The position numbers and the translations under genes were made by a program. A DNA stretch of 34,391 nucleotides, taken from IMG/VR virus record IMGVR_UViG_3300037963_002430, positions 1 through 34,391 of that record; one strand, written 5' to 3'. The stretch comes from a virus. Lineage: Duplodnaviria > Caudoviricetes. This document shows, piece by piece, positions 17,086-30,600 of the stretch. The notes below the pieces were generated by a model. It was given only the letters and a program-made list of their open reading frames with translations. It was not told where the DNA came from and searched no databases. Each line of letters begins with the position of its first letter. Positions within the stretch are counted from its first letter, which is position 1.

Positions 17086-18639
17086 TTAGAACTGCAAGAT
17101 AACTTTTATGTCTTCTTTTTGGTTTGACGATCTTGTAATCGAAGGTCTATTATCTACGTATATAATATTACCAGAATGCTGTCTTACCTCTGGGGACGCA
17201 ACACCTGTAGTGAAATCCATTCCAAGATAATATGTACGATTATTTATCGTCGTTTTGTTATCGCTAAATGCACTGTCAATACTTAAAGGAAGTCCTGTTG
17301 TAGGAGTAATTGCTAGCGATCCAGTTCCAGTTGGACTTCCAGTAAAGTCTTGTAGTTCATAACCATAAGATGGATTAGTAACTCCAATTCCAGCAGTTGT
17401 GAACCCTGCTACAGTTCTATCTTGCCAAAGTTTTAAAACTCCAGTATTTTGATCATAAGTTACGACTCTACCAACTGCTGTAGCTCCTGTCCCAACTGTT
17501 TGAGTAACAAAAGAATCAGCAGTAAAAGTTGCTTCACTATATCCAACACCTGTCAGTTTTAACGCAGTAACTGCACTCACCTTATCTGCTGTTAATACCG
17601 ATCCTCCAGCTGGTGATAGTGGATTTTCTACAATGCCAATTCTTGCAAATTGATTGCCGGTAATAAAATCGGGATTCTCATTATCACTCTCAATTCTTGA
17701 ATACATTAATATACTGTATGCACCGAGTTCTCTATAGATGTCGGCACCATGACCACCTTGTGGAGTTATAATTACTTCAAATGTCGGTCTAGTTGTTCCT
17801 GCTGGAATTCCAGCAGATTCAAAATCAAGAGTTCCAAAAGTATATCCAGATCCTTGAGCAGATACAGAAACTTCATCAATTTTTGAATCACCATCAATAG
17901 TAACAGTGCATTGTGCTCCTGTACCATCACCACGAATAGGAACTGCCGTATAAGTCGTATTCGCTGTTCCTAATCCAACACCGCGATTGGTTATTGTTAC
18001 AATTTTAACAGAACCATCTACAGCATTTTCTCTAACTAAAGATGTATCATTGCTAGTACTCCAGTCTGTAGGGACTGGCATAAAATCTGTAGAGTCAAAT
18101 TTAGTGATGTCTGATGGTTTAATAGTATAAAGATACTTCCAAATGTATCCATCACCACTAGTTCCAGCTGCCCTTGGTTCTAAATCAGTAAAAGTTGGTT
18201 CGTCCAAAGATGGTCTACCAAGGGTATTCTCTGGATTTGTTCCGTTTTGTAAGCAAATATAAACTCTATAATCACTATTTAAAACATAGAAATTTGAATT
18301 ATAAAGATTAGTGGATCCAGAAACAGGAGCAGTGTTTGATCTACTATAATCATGACGATACATGTCATAAGTAGTACCTGAAGACCAACTTCTCCTAGGG
18401 ACAACCTGCCTTACATCGGTAGAATTGATCCTCTTCATAGCAATCATTGTGTTCCAATAATCGTTCTCCTCATCAAAATTATCTTTTGGTGCGGGAGGAT
18501 TATCATTCCATGTAGAGGAATAGTCTGTCGGATTTGGAAGTCCGACAAAAGAATAATAGGAATTGCTTGCATTAGCAATTCCTGCGACAAAATTTTTCGC
18601 GTTTAATATTCTTACCTGATCAGTTATAATGGCAGCCAT
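17086..18639 (-). CDS. g8: Baseplate wedge subunit (T4 gp8-like)
   Basis: VVPRRSWSSGTTYDMYRHDY, YRVYICLQNG, GDGYIWKYLYTI, GHGADIYRELG and SGNIIYVDNRPSITRSSNQKEDIKVILQF are gp8 hallmarks. Confidence 0.93.
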   Translation of the reverse strand: MAAIITDQVRILNAKNFVAGIANASNSYYSFVGLPNPTDYSSTWNDNPPAPKDNFDEENDYWNTMIAMKRINSTDVRQVVPRRSWSSGTTYDMYRHDYSRSNTAPVSGSTNLYNSNFYVLNSDYRVYICLQNGTNPENTLGRPSLDEPTFTDLEPRAAGTSGDGYIWKYLYTIKPSDITKFDSTDFMPVPTDWSTSNDTSLVRENAVDGSVKIVTITNRGVGLGTANTTYTAVPIRGDGTGAQCTVTIDGDSKIDEVSVSAQGSGYTFGTLDFESAGIPAGTTRPTFEVIITPQGGHGADIYRELGAYSILMYSRIESDNENPDFITGNQFARIGIVENPLSPAGGSVLTADKVSAVTALKLTGVGYSEATFTADSFVTQTVGTGATAVGRVVTYDQNTGVLKLWQDRTVAGFTTAGIGVTNPSYGYELQDFTGSPTGTGSLAITPTTGLPLSIDSAFSDNKTTINNRTYYLGMDFTTGVASPEVRQHSGNIIYVDNRPSITRSSNQKEDIKVILQF

Positions 18640-18659
18640 TTTTGACGGACTTTTTTACT

Positions 18660-18667
18660 TATTTATT
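18660..18667 (-). promoter_or_regulatory. Late promoter AATAAATA
   Basis: + strand tatttatt in the g7-g8 gap, ~21 nt upstream of the g8 ATG. Confidence 0.8.
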
Positions 18668-18675
18668 ACGAAAAA

Positions 18676-21600
18676 TCATGCGAATTTTTTGAACCTAATA
18701 TATCTGGTTCTATAAACTTTCGATGAAGTAGATATACCAGTAAATTCATTTGTTCCTATTCCAGACAAAGTGTGTGCTGGATATGAAAGTTCTTTGGTTC
18801 TAGCATTTACGATAACTTTGCCCCAAGAGTACTCTCCAAGGAATGATCCTGTTGAGAATCCAGAAACTCCATTTGGATTTATATTGGTATTCACAGTAAC
18901 TTTAGCAACACTGGTTGTAACTCCAGCGATTACTTGAGTTGTTATTCCAACAGAATTTACAACATACGCATTATCAAGGTATTCAGATCCAATTCCAACA
19001 ATTGTGGTATTATTAGTTCCAAGAGCAGTAATGCTAGTTGATGCTGTTCCCAAGTTAGAATTTCTTACTATAAAATGATCTCCAATAGACAATCCGCTTA
19101 TGGTTACAGCGGTTCCAACCAAATCAGTATCTCTCATTACAGAGTCTAGAGGAATGTGAAGATGGAACATTAACCCTGTTGAACCAACACCAATAGAAGT
19201 GGTTCCTAGTCCAACGATTATTCCAGAATCTCCAGAATAAGAAGAAACATCACAAGGTTCTGTTTGTTGTGCAGGAGGTCCGATAAGAACTAATGGTGGA
19301 TTAGTATGAGTATACCCAGCACCAGGATTAGTAATAGTAATTCCAGTGACAACTCCGTTAGAAATTGTTGCTGTTGCAGTCGCTGTTGTAGATCCTATAC
19401 CAACACTTACGTCAGGTGTTGTTGAATATCCAACACCACCATTATTAATCGTAATTGAAGTAATAGTTCCAGCGGAAGAAACTACAGCAGTTGCTGCTGC
19501 TCCAGTAACAACTATTGGATTTACTAATTTTATTCCTTTTTGAATGGTGTTTCTGAACGTAGGATCTATGTTTTCGTTATTAAGATCAAATAATGGTCTC
19601 AATCTATCAACATAGACTATAGTGGAACCAATACCAACAGAACTAATAATATTCGCAGTTGGATTAATAACAGGTTCATAAATCTCTCTGTCTTTGCCAA
19701 CTTCCTGACCATTAATAATCTTATCTTGAGTTTGTCTGCACCATGTTATTGGTCTCTCAAAAGTAGTGTCAGTAACATTGCCAGGTCCAAAATATGGAAG
19801 AGTATTACACTTATCAACGTTTGTAATAGAACTAATTGTTCTAGTATCTTCTTGCTGATATGGTTTTTGTCCCAAATCTGGATTGTAATTTAAAGTGACC
19901 TCATCTCCATACTTGATAGTTTCAATAACTTCTCTATCAATAACATCGAGATCATCTCCACTTCCTTTATAGAAAACGATATTGAGAGTGTCATCAACCT
20001 TTAATGGTTCTGAGAAAGTTATTTGAGAACCACCATTAAACTCATAAGATTCTCCTGGACGCTGAAGTATTTCATTTACAAATACTAAAAGTAATTGATC
20101 AAGTTCAATCTTTGATCCTTTTGACTTGTTAATAGATATTGGAACACCACCTTTAAGTAATGGGAAATCAATTCTAGTACCATCAATAAATTCAGAAACA
20201 TTATCAAATGTATCGAGAACACCTACAGACCATCCAGTAAATTCGTCATTAGCAACTTTTTCTATTTCAATTTCAAATATGTTTGAAGATGAGAACGATG
20301 AAGTAGTTGGAATTCCAGTTGTTCCTCCAATAGCAACCGTTAATCTCTGACCATTACCGTAACCATATCCAGTATTATTAATTTCAAAATCAATTACACT
20401 AGATCCTTGTCCAACAACAACATCGATTGTGGCTTCTGTTCCAAATCCAGTTGTTCCGGAAACATACTCTAAAGGTAAATTAGAGTATGAGACTGGATTG
20501 TCAAATACAATATCAATTGGTTTTGTAACAGTTCCGCATCTTGCATAGAAGTGTGCGCGAGTAGAAATACCAGTGTTTATTGTAAAGTTAGTGCTATCAA
20601 TAATACTAAGAACACTTGACCCTTGTGATGCAGGATCAAATCCACTAGAAGAGTTATTATTTACTCTAGGTGCAATAATAGAGGGTTGTGCAGTTCCACC
20701 ACTTTGATAGAATGTTGGGACTGTGGAAATACCAGCATCTACTGTAAATGACGTAGTTGTTGGTGTGGATAGAACTGGAGTACCGCAGTAAATAGGATCA
20801 GTTGTTCTTGGATAAACATGAGTAGAAGCACCGCCATCTAATCCACAAGTAAATCCTAATCCGGTGAGAAGAACATCACTTCTCTGACCTGATGTGTTGA
20901 GATTGTGTGCTGTGGCAGTTGTGACAGTCAAAATACCAGTTACATTATCATAGATAGCATTCGTCACATTAACTGGACCAGATCCACTGTAACTACATGT
21001 AAATGCAATTCCAGAAACATTAATTGTCTCATTTACAGACAATCCATGTGCAGTTGATGTTGTGACGGTGGTAAGACCCGTTACATGTGAATAAAGAACA
21101 TTTGATATATCTCTTGGAGCATAGAATACTCTATCAGTTGTGATAGCAACCGAGGTTACACTACCTCCAGAAACAGAAGCAGTTCCAATGGGAACTATGG
21201 TAACTCCAGTAGTATCTGGAAGTTGTACTCCCACGGAAATATTTGTTTGTATTCCAGATCTATAACCAGATCCACTATTACCAATTGATATTGAAGTAAT
21301 AGTACCTGCAGAAGATACAACTGCTGTTCCACCCGCAGCAACGAGTGGTTGATACCCAAGACCCTCCTGAGATCCAACGGAAACAATTATTCCTCCTTTC
21401 GGGAAAGTAGAAACACCAACATCATTTGTTATTGTTCTAGATGAACCCGTAAAAGTAATAGAGGTGATTCCAGTCTGTTCGGACAGAGTAAAGTTATTTG
21501 CTCCTCCAGTAACTTGATATATGTCATTAATCAATACAATTGCACCTTCATTATCAATTCCAGTGACATTGTTACCATCAGACTTTAAAGTGAACTGACT

Positions 21601-24600
21601 TTCAGTGCCATTAAATTGATTTGAAATGTCATCAAAAATATAGTTTTTATAATATGTTTCATTGGTGGTATCTGGCTGAGCCGTCCTCATGAAACTTCTT
21701 CCTTGGAAGGTAGAACTTGTTGTTATACCAGTAAAGTCTCTCTGATCAGGTGGATTTGTAATAGTTCCAATTGGAGTATTTCCAAATGGTGCTTCAACAA
21801 AATTCAAAGTATTAGCAACAATGTTATAATTGCCAACAACTTTTGTTACTAAATCGCCAGTTGAAAGTCCAGTCTGAATGGTTGTTCCCATCCATGCTCT
21901 ACGAACTGAAACTCTGTTTGTAGATCCAATACCAACACCGTCAATTTTCATTATTTCGTCACCAACCTTAAACAGGTCTCCGCCAAAGAATGAAGTTATT
22001 CCCGTAAAATCAATGAGATTGTCTGTGCTTACTACATTATCTCCTAAAGTTGTTGTAATTGCGGTAGAGACAACTGGAGATTGAATGAGATTGTCAATGG
22101 CAACTAATACTTTTGGATTTTGATTTGTTGCAGTGAATGTATGAGTCTGATCAACACCAAGGGAACCAAATGAAGTTAAATCAACAATCTGTGGAACAGA
22201 TTTCAAAGCATCTTCTGCACTTCTGGCAAGTTTAATAGTGTTATCATTAACTTTAACTACAAATACTCCGGTTGCTGGAAGTAATGTTGTAGTTACTCCG
22301 GCAACTGGGAATGTAGTTTCTCCAATACCAAGTGATCCCGTATTTCCAACACCTGGACCAGTGTATGCAATCTGTTCTCCAGTTACATAGAAGTGATTTG
22401 GAATTGTAATGGTGTCTGTAACCGTATTAATACCAGTTCCAACAAATGATCTTTCAAAAATATTATCATTCTTATGAGTCAAATTAAATGCTCTCTTAAT
22501 GTCCCTCTCAGTTCCAGTGTATTCACCATATCCAGTTTCTATAGTTGCATTATTAAAACTAATTGTATCTTTCGTATCATCTTCAATTCTAAGAGCATTA
22601 GTATATACATGAACAGTTGCATCAATTCCTGATACGGGAGTAAAGAGAACTTGAGTGGTCGCAGCAAGACCAACAGAGTTGGCAATTACTCTAGATCCAA
22701 AAGTTCCAAGACCAGAATGAGTTTGGATATTTGCAAACTCGGTATCAAAGGTTTCTCCAGTTGATTCTCCTTCAATATGATCATCTACGACAAAATATTC
22801 TAAGAATTCATAACGATCATTTGTAGTATCATGAACTTGAATCATGAAGTATCCAGCATCATATCTATCTTCTTCAGTAGAAATATGACTTGGATATTCT
22901 GCAACAACATTTTCAGTTGGTGATCCAGATGATGCAATATCAGTCATTGTAGATTGCAGTCTGGCATGTTTTAGATCAACTGTAGAAATACCAGAGGTTA
23001 TGGATGATAATCCAACAACAATAGTGTTAACTACTGCATTTGTCCCTATTCCAGAGGGAGTGAAATCAAGTTTGATATTTGAACCATCCAGACGTGCAGT
23101 ATATGTTCCAAATCCAGTTGCACTCATTGCTCCAGGAGAAGTGGTCAATTTACCATACTCTAGAATAGATACATCTGTTCCATCATGAAGGATGTTTAAT
23201 TCCTGTGCCTCAAATTCATTTCCGTTAAATGTTGCGGTAGATCCAAAAGAAGGATTGGTAACATCAGGTGAAATTTCAACAAGAACCTTTAAGGAGTGAT
23301 ATGTGTTGCCGATACTGACAATGTTAGCAGTGGTTCCAGAACTTACAATCACACTTTCTGAATCAATTAAGACTCCTCCAATTGAAGTGGATCCTGTGCT
23401 AAGATAATTGTCGTTTAAATTATAAGAAATTGTTGTAACATCATAATCATTTACTGACGATCTATTTGGGAAGAATAGTAACTGACCATCTGATCCAGAT
23501 ATTGAGAAATCAAAAGATCCTTGATCATACACAGTTTCAACTCTTGCATATTGATTAATATATCCAAAAGATCCATCATGAATAAGATCGACAATCATTC
23601 CCTGTCTTTCTTGAGTAAATCTCTTATCTCTCAGATAAGTAAAATACTTTCTAAATCTAAAATCGTTTAGATTAAAACTATTAAGTACAGTAAAAGCGGT
23701 TGCTCTGGGGTTGCTATTAAATTCTGAACTTATATCATCAATGGAAAGAACTCTATTTCCGAATGACTCCGTAAAATCAGTTAGGATTTTATTATTGAGA
23801 GAAATCTCATCGGAAAGAATTGTACCATCTGAAAGAGTTAAATTGTTCTCTGTAGCAATATCAAAATCAAACACACAATTTGTATCAATAAATCCATCCA
23901 AACTACTTACAATAGTTACATCAGTCAATTCTGTGGAGATTCCAACTTGCATTGGTTGATCTAAATTTGTTGATTCAATTTGAAGATCACTAAACTTTTT
24001 ATATCCAAGAGTATGATTTACAGAAGATACTACATCATTCCAATTATCAAATGGAATAGTGCTCTTTAAAGAATACGAGAAATTTTGATAATAGAAACTA
24101 TCTTGCAATCTTTGTATATTATCATTTAAGAATCCTGAATCAATTTGATTACCACTGAATATTTGAGAAGAAACATCAGTTTCAAAATAAGACTCATATG
24201 AGGTTACTTTTGAAGCAACTCCAGAAAGTTCCGAAGTAAGTCCTTTTACAATATCTCCTGATGTAAAATCATCAGATGAAAGAACTCTAAGAATCTTTGT
24301 TGTTCTATCCCAACTTTGAACAACGCCTTCTTTTCCATTTGTAGTAACTTTCTCCCCACTAAGATAATCTGCTGTAGATAGTTGTACTTCAAAAGTTGGG
24401 AAGTTCTTTTCTGCTGATACTACTCCAGAAGAGTTAATGGAATCAAATGTACCAGGATTTTCTCCATCATTCAGTTCATCACCCAAATTATAAGTGATTG
24501 ATCCAAGTCCTCCGAGATTTGTGGTAATTCCGGTGAGAGTGAACAGTTTATAATCATAATTTTTGGAATTATATCCACGAGATGTTGAACCAATTCCAAT

Positions 24601-27600
24601 ACTTGTATTTTCAACTATTACTCTATCACCAACTTCAAATGGGAATGATGTACTAAATCCAACTGATAGATTTAAAGTTACCTCTTTAGTGACAGTATTA
24701 AATCCAACAGTACTAATTCCAACTCCATTGGTATTCTTTATTGGCAATACTGTTGGAGTAGCGTTATTAATTCCTCTAGTATTACTTAAAATAGTTACTG
24801 TCGAATCTCCTAGAGAATACTTAGTTGAGAGATCAGTAATTTGATCTCCAGTCTTACCATCAAAGAAGATTAATTCTGGTGCTGAAGAATATCCTCTTCC
24901 TCCAGAAATTATATCAATTCTTTCAACTTTAGCGAAGGCATCTATATTAAGAATTTGTGGGAGAGATGTACTTGGTTTTAGTGTTTTATCCGTTGGAAAA
25001 TCATAACCAATATCTTCGATTTTTATTTTTTCAATAGTTCCAATATCTTCAGTGGTAGATACTAAATCTCCTTGTACTCCATCAAGAGTATTAATAGACA
25101 CAATGGAAGGTAATGTAGTATAATTTCTTCCAGGATTGGTAACTTCTACAGCAAATATTGGACCATTTGTATGAGTACAATCAGTTGTATAAGTTATATC
25201 AGATAAAGTAGATGTGTATGAATCTGCTTCAGGAGTTTCTGGTAAATCAAATGTAAAGAAGTTAGTTCCTGCGATAGAAATTCTTCTGTTTCCATTATAG
25301 ACACTATTTTGAGTTATTATAGAATTATTATTTAAAATTTCAGAATCTCTTATTATTTCTGATTTTTCTATAGGGAGATTTGTATCAGAAACTGGATCGA
25401 ATGAATAGTAAAGTCTTTCTGGCGTAGTTTGTCCGATAGAAACCCTTACACTAGCAGTACCGATTCCAGAGAACCCTGTTCTAGAAACACTAAACGTTGA
25501 TGATGATTGATCGGTTTCCCAACGATTTGTATATTTGTCATCAAGATAGAAATTAAGTCTAAATGCAGAATATTGAGTAGATTGTTGAGTAAATCCTAAA
25601 GAAGAGTCTGAAATATCAAAATCTAATATTGAACTTCTGTAAGATTTAATAGAAGGATTAATTAATCCAAACTCGCCAAATGATGCACTCGCAATTCCAA
25701 CAACACTTGGTATCAAACTAGTTGAATCATAATAAGTATTAGACAATTTAATATTATCATCATCAACTTTTACGACATAGTAAATCCCATCATTTTGAAG
25801 TCCTTGACATGGTGCGGTTGATGAGTGAATTACTTTATCTCCACTTTCATAACCATGATTGGATACACTAATAGTATTAGAGGTACTATTAACACCTACA
25901 GCACTAAAAGTTTTTATACCAACTAATACTCGTCTATGGGTATCATTGTATTTTACAACATATGTTGTTGCAAATGATGGATTAACATCGATATCCACAC
26001 GGTGTTCTCCACGAATACCATGATTTACATCTGTTGTTACAGTTACAACTCTCTTTACAATATCACCAGTTATATTACTATAGTTTGTTGCAAAACTATG
26101 ATTTGTTCCACTACCAATTCCCGTAAAGAATAAAGTTGTAGTTGTATTTCCTACTCCAACAAATCCACCAGTAGAACCAAGTCCAACTCTTTGAGTTGCA
26201 ATACCAATCAAATCATTTGAAATTTTAGCAACAAAAAGATCCTGTCCATCAGATAGAGTTTTAGCTATACCAACACTGCCAACCTCATTATAGACAATAC
26301 CTTGTCCTCCATTTAGAGAATATGTTAGTACATCGCCTGTTTCCAGTCTATGATTTTTTATATAAAGCGATTTAATGGGAACTCCAAGAGTGCTAGATCC
26401 AGAAGTTGTTCCAAGACCAACGGTATTTAATCCAAAAGAACCAAATTGTAAAACAGATCCAATTCCAACAGCGGTAGTACCAAGACCTACTGTTTCTGTT
26501 GGGTTAAAATATATTTCTCTATTTCTCTTAAAATCATATTTTGTTTTAAATCCAGATTTTATCGTAAATCTTCTTGGGTCTTCAGATAAAATAGATCCAA
26601 CAGTATGAGATACTCCAACAGTACCATCTACTTCTCGAAGAACTTTAAATCTAGAATTAGTTCTATCTACATTTAAAACTTTCACTCTCTCAGTACCAAT
26701 ACCTAAAATATCATTTGGTACAATATTTGATGCAATTAAACTCGATGATACATTGAAGAAAGTTACTACTCCAGTGATGCTTGTGTTTCCAACAGCAACT
26801 CCAGTAGTGCCCAATCCAACAATTGAGAATCTTTCACTTGAAACTCCTATTGAATATGATCCCTCAATTTTTGATGATGTCGTAGAAACACCGGTAACAT
26901 TAACAATATCCAATGATTGGTAATTGTGTGGTGACGCTGATTCTATAATGTACGTTCCTTTTTTATTTGAAGGAATTAATTCAACATTAGATAATTTATT
27001 TGTAACAGCACTAATACTATTAACAGTTCTTCCTTTTAATCTAGAGATTCTTCCAGCTGCTCCAAATCCAGTTGCATCTTCATCAGAAAAGTTTAAAGTA
27101 TCTCCAACTTTATAATTATCACCAGAACTTTTTATTTCTACTTTAGAAATTTTTCCTCTATTTGTAGATAGAATTTTTCCTGTTTGAGATAAATTGTTTG
27201 GAGAATATATGTAAGGATAATCAACATTTTCCTCTCTCAAATTATATGAGATTGTATTTCTACACCAATTATTTGATTCAATATCATAATCATCTTGATT
27301 AGAAGATGTTTTAAAGTTAAACTCATTTGGAGTAGAATAATATGCATTTCCTAAAACATATGGAAATTGTGGAAGTTTATAATTTTCAAATAATCCAGAA
27401 GATTCTACACTATCGGGATTAACCGTAGTAAAATAAGCATATGTTCCATTTGGATATTCTGGTGTTATACAAAATCTTCCATTATTCCTATCAAGATAAG
27501 TATCATCATTATTTTCCTGATAAGTAAAATCTTCTACAAAAAATCCTAATGGGAAAGTTGATACTGGCGGACCATCTGTACGAGATGAATTAAGTTTGTA

Positions 27601-30600
27601 ACTGGACTTCATCAATGTAACTAATCCACCATTAGCATTAGAATAACCGTATGGTCCATAAATTGGGTTTCCATCGTAAGCCCAACCAATAATTGGAGAG
27701 TGATCAGTAAATTCTGTTTCTAAAGAGTTAACTAATTTTAAATCTGGTTTTCCATATAAAGTGTCTCCGCCCTCAGAAACAGAATAAATCATTTGTCTTA
27801 ATGATCTCGGTGCATATAATGAGTAGCACTGCAAACCATACTTATCACTCAGAGATCTTTGTAAAACCGTATCGTCATTTTGAATAACATCATTAATATA
27901 TAATTTTTCAAATAAATTTACTCTCCATTTTTGAATCTGAGGAATGAAAGAAAACTCTTTTTCTACAGGAGACACTTCAATAGTTACATCTCCAGAAACG
28001 TACCCTTGCCCCGATTCTATAACCCTTACTTCCCGAAGAGATCCATTTATTAAAATTGGAGTTAAGATACATCCAATTCCAGAACTAGATATTATTTCTA
28101 AATCTGGAATAGATGTGTAATTAGATCCAATATTTTCTATGATAACTTCTATGATTCTTCCATCTGAAGAGACAATTGGTTTAACTTGAGCATTTCTGCC
28201 AGATACTACAGATACTTCAGGTAATTTATTGAAATTAATAATTTCATTAGTTCCATATCCAGATCCGTGATCGGATAAATGTACCGATGTTAGTTCTCCT
28301 CTAAAAATAGGCTGAACTTCAGCTTTGTATGCGCTTGATTCAATTCCTGTAACTGTTGCTATTCCAACAGGACCTTCTACAGTAACAGTTATTGGAGGAT
28401 AATTAAAAATTTGAGTTCCTGTACCAACACTTGTTAAATCAACATACTGATTTGTTCTATAGAAGAAAGTTTTGTCGGTAGATCTAATTTCAGATAATTT
28501 AAATTGATTAGCATCGACTACTGTGACATAATAGTCAGTATTGTCGCTTAGTCCACCAATCGCACTTGTTCCAGCAGAATATCTTAATGTCTCTCCAGAT
28601 TTATAATCGTGATTTTCTATAGTAATGATATCTGATGAAGTATTAATTCCAGTAGAAACAACACTTCTCTTTTTATTTTCATAACCAGTTCCATTATCAA
28701 CAATGTTTATTGAATCAATGACAGATTTTTGTGATGCACACTCTAAGGTATGTCTTCCAATACCATGGGAAGATAAAACAACTGTATTAATACCAGCAAT
28801 AGCTTGACTTAAAGTATCGTGCAACTTAATCGTAGTTGCATCAATAACTTGTGCAAAATATGTAGAATTTGTAGATAATCCACCAACTACTTTTTGACCA
28901 TTTGGTTTATATACTAACTGCTCACCATTTCTAAGTTTGTGGTAGGTTGAAAATCCAATAGTGGAAATAGTAGCACCTGTAGAAACATTAGCAGAATTTG
29001 AATCTGAGAAAAATTCTACAGAATGAGAAATTAATTTTGTATTTACTAATGCTCTAGCATCTTTTCCATTTCCACCTGTTATTGAAACAATAGGAGTATC
29101 TGTAAAATCAAATCCTCTATTGAGAATCTGTATTTCTCTTAAACTTCCACTAACAGCAAGAAATCCTGTTGCACCAGAACCAACAGTATCTTCTACTTTT
29201 AATATGGGAGGATTAATTATATCAAAACCATTTCCAGGAGAAGTTACCTCAATTTTTTCTAATTTTCCAGTATGAATTAAATCTTTTGATTTATAGTTTA
29301 AAATTTCAACACCGTTAATTAAAATTCCAGTGGCTCCTGGTGAAGTTTCAACTCTAGTGCCACTATCAATTGGTGTGTTGATTTCTCTATAAAGTCTTTG
29401 CGAATCTATAACTCTACCTTTTGTATCTACAAGTTCTATAGTGTTATCTGTAACTGTAGTTGATGTTGGTACAGATGCAAAATTTGATGTATATAAATTG
29501 GCTGGAGATTTGGCTAATTTTATGTTATTATTATCTACTCTAAAAATATAATATACTCCTTCGCCACCAGTATCTCCACCAAACAACGAAGATGAAATAG
29601 AACTTTCAACTATATCTTGTCCATCAAGGGTAACGGTTGTTTCAATTTTTTGTGGAGTGTAATATACAGATTCTCCTCCATAAAATCCGTGCTCATTTAT
29701 GGTTATAGTTTCTCCAAGAAATGTACCGCTAAACGTTCTTGCAGTTTTTGATGCGGTAAATGGTACATCTTTATATGAAGGTAATGAGTTTGATGCAACT
29801 AAAATTGAATCTCCATATTGTTTTTTATAAACATTTTGAACATTCGCATGAAATTTGGTAAGATGGGGAAAAGTTGAAGAAGTTACTTTTCTCAGTTTTC
29901 TTGACAAAGAATAACTTGATGCAGTATTAATAGTTCCAGTAGTTTTAATTGTTACAACTTTATCAGTAACAATATCAAGAACTTCTGCATCTAAAGATTC
30001 ATTTCCAGATATACCATCAATAGTTACAGAATCTCCAAGAAATAAGTAATTTTCTTTGTTTAAAGTTAATTTATAAGTTTTTGGTGAAACATTACTAATC
30101 AACTCAATTTTATTAATTAAATATTTGACTGGATTATTATACAGCCAGTTTTTAAACTTAAATGTACTATCTTCAATACCAAGAGTTTTTATATTAAATT
30201 GATCTCCTGGTTTATAATCAAATATACCATCTTGTTTTGAAAATCCAGATAAAACAGATGTAAGACGAACTTTAATAGGACTATTATTGAGATCATCTGG
30301 TTTAACCGAAACAAAATCTTCTGTACTTAAGGTGTTGCCATCAATCAAACTATCTGTAATATTACTACAACCTAAAAATTGAGTTATTGTTTTAGATGTA
30401 TAAGAAACAATACCTGTTGCGTTTGTAACGGAGTTTGGATATGTTACATAGATTTCACCAGAATTGGGAAATCCTATTGTCGAATCTACATCAATAAAAG
30501 TAGATCCAGCAGAAACAGTTCCGATTATATGAGTTTTTGGTGCAACTTTAAAAGCACCAACAGTTGATCCTAAAGATCTAGAATCTCTATTGTATCCATC

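Noticed and set aside
5303-21386. Short minus-strand alternative-frame ORFs (5303-5698, 11862-12047, 12843-13136, 15549-15734, 21195-21386)
   Set aside because: They are fully nested in conserved genes and have the Leu/Gln-rich composition typical of off-frame reads.
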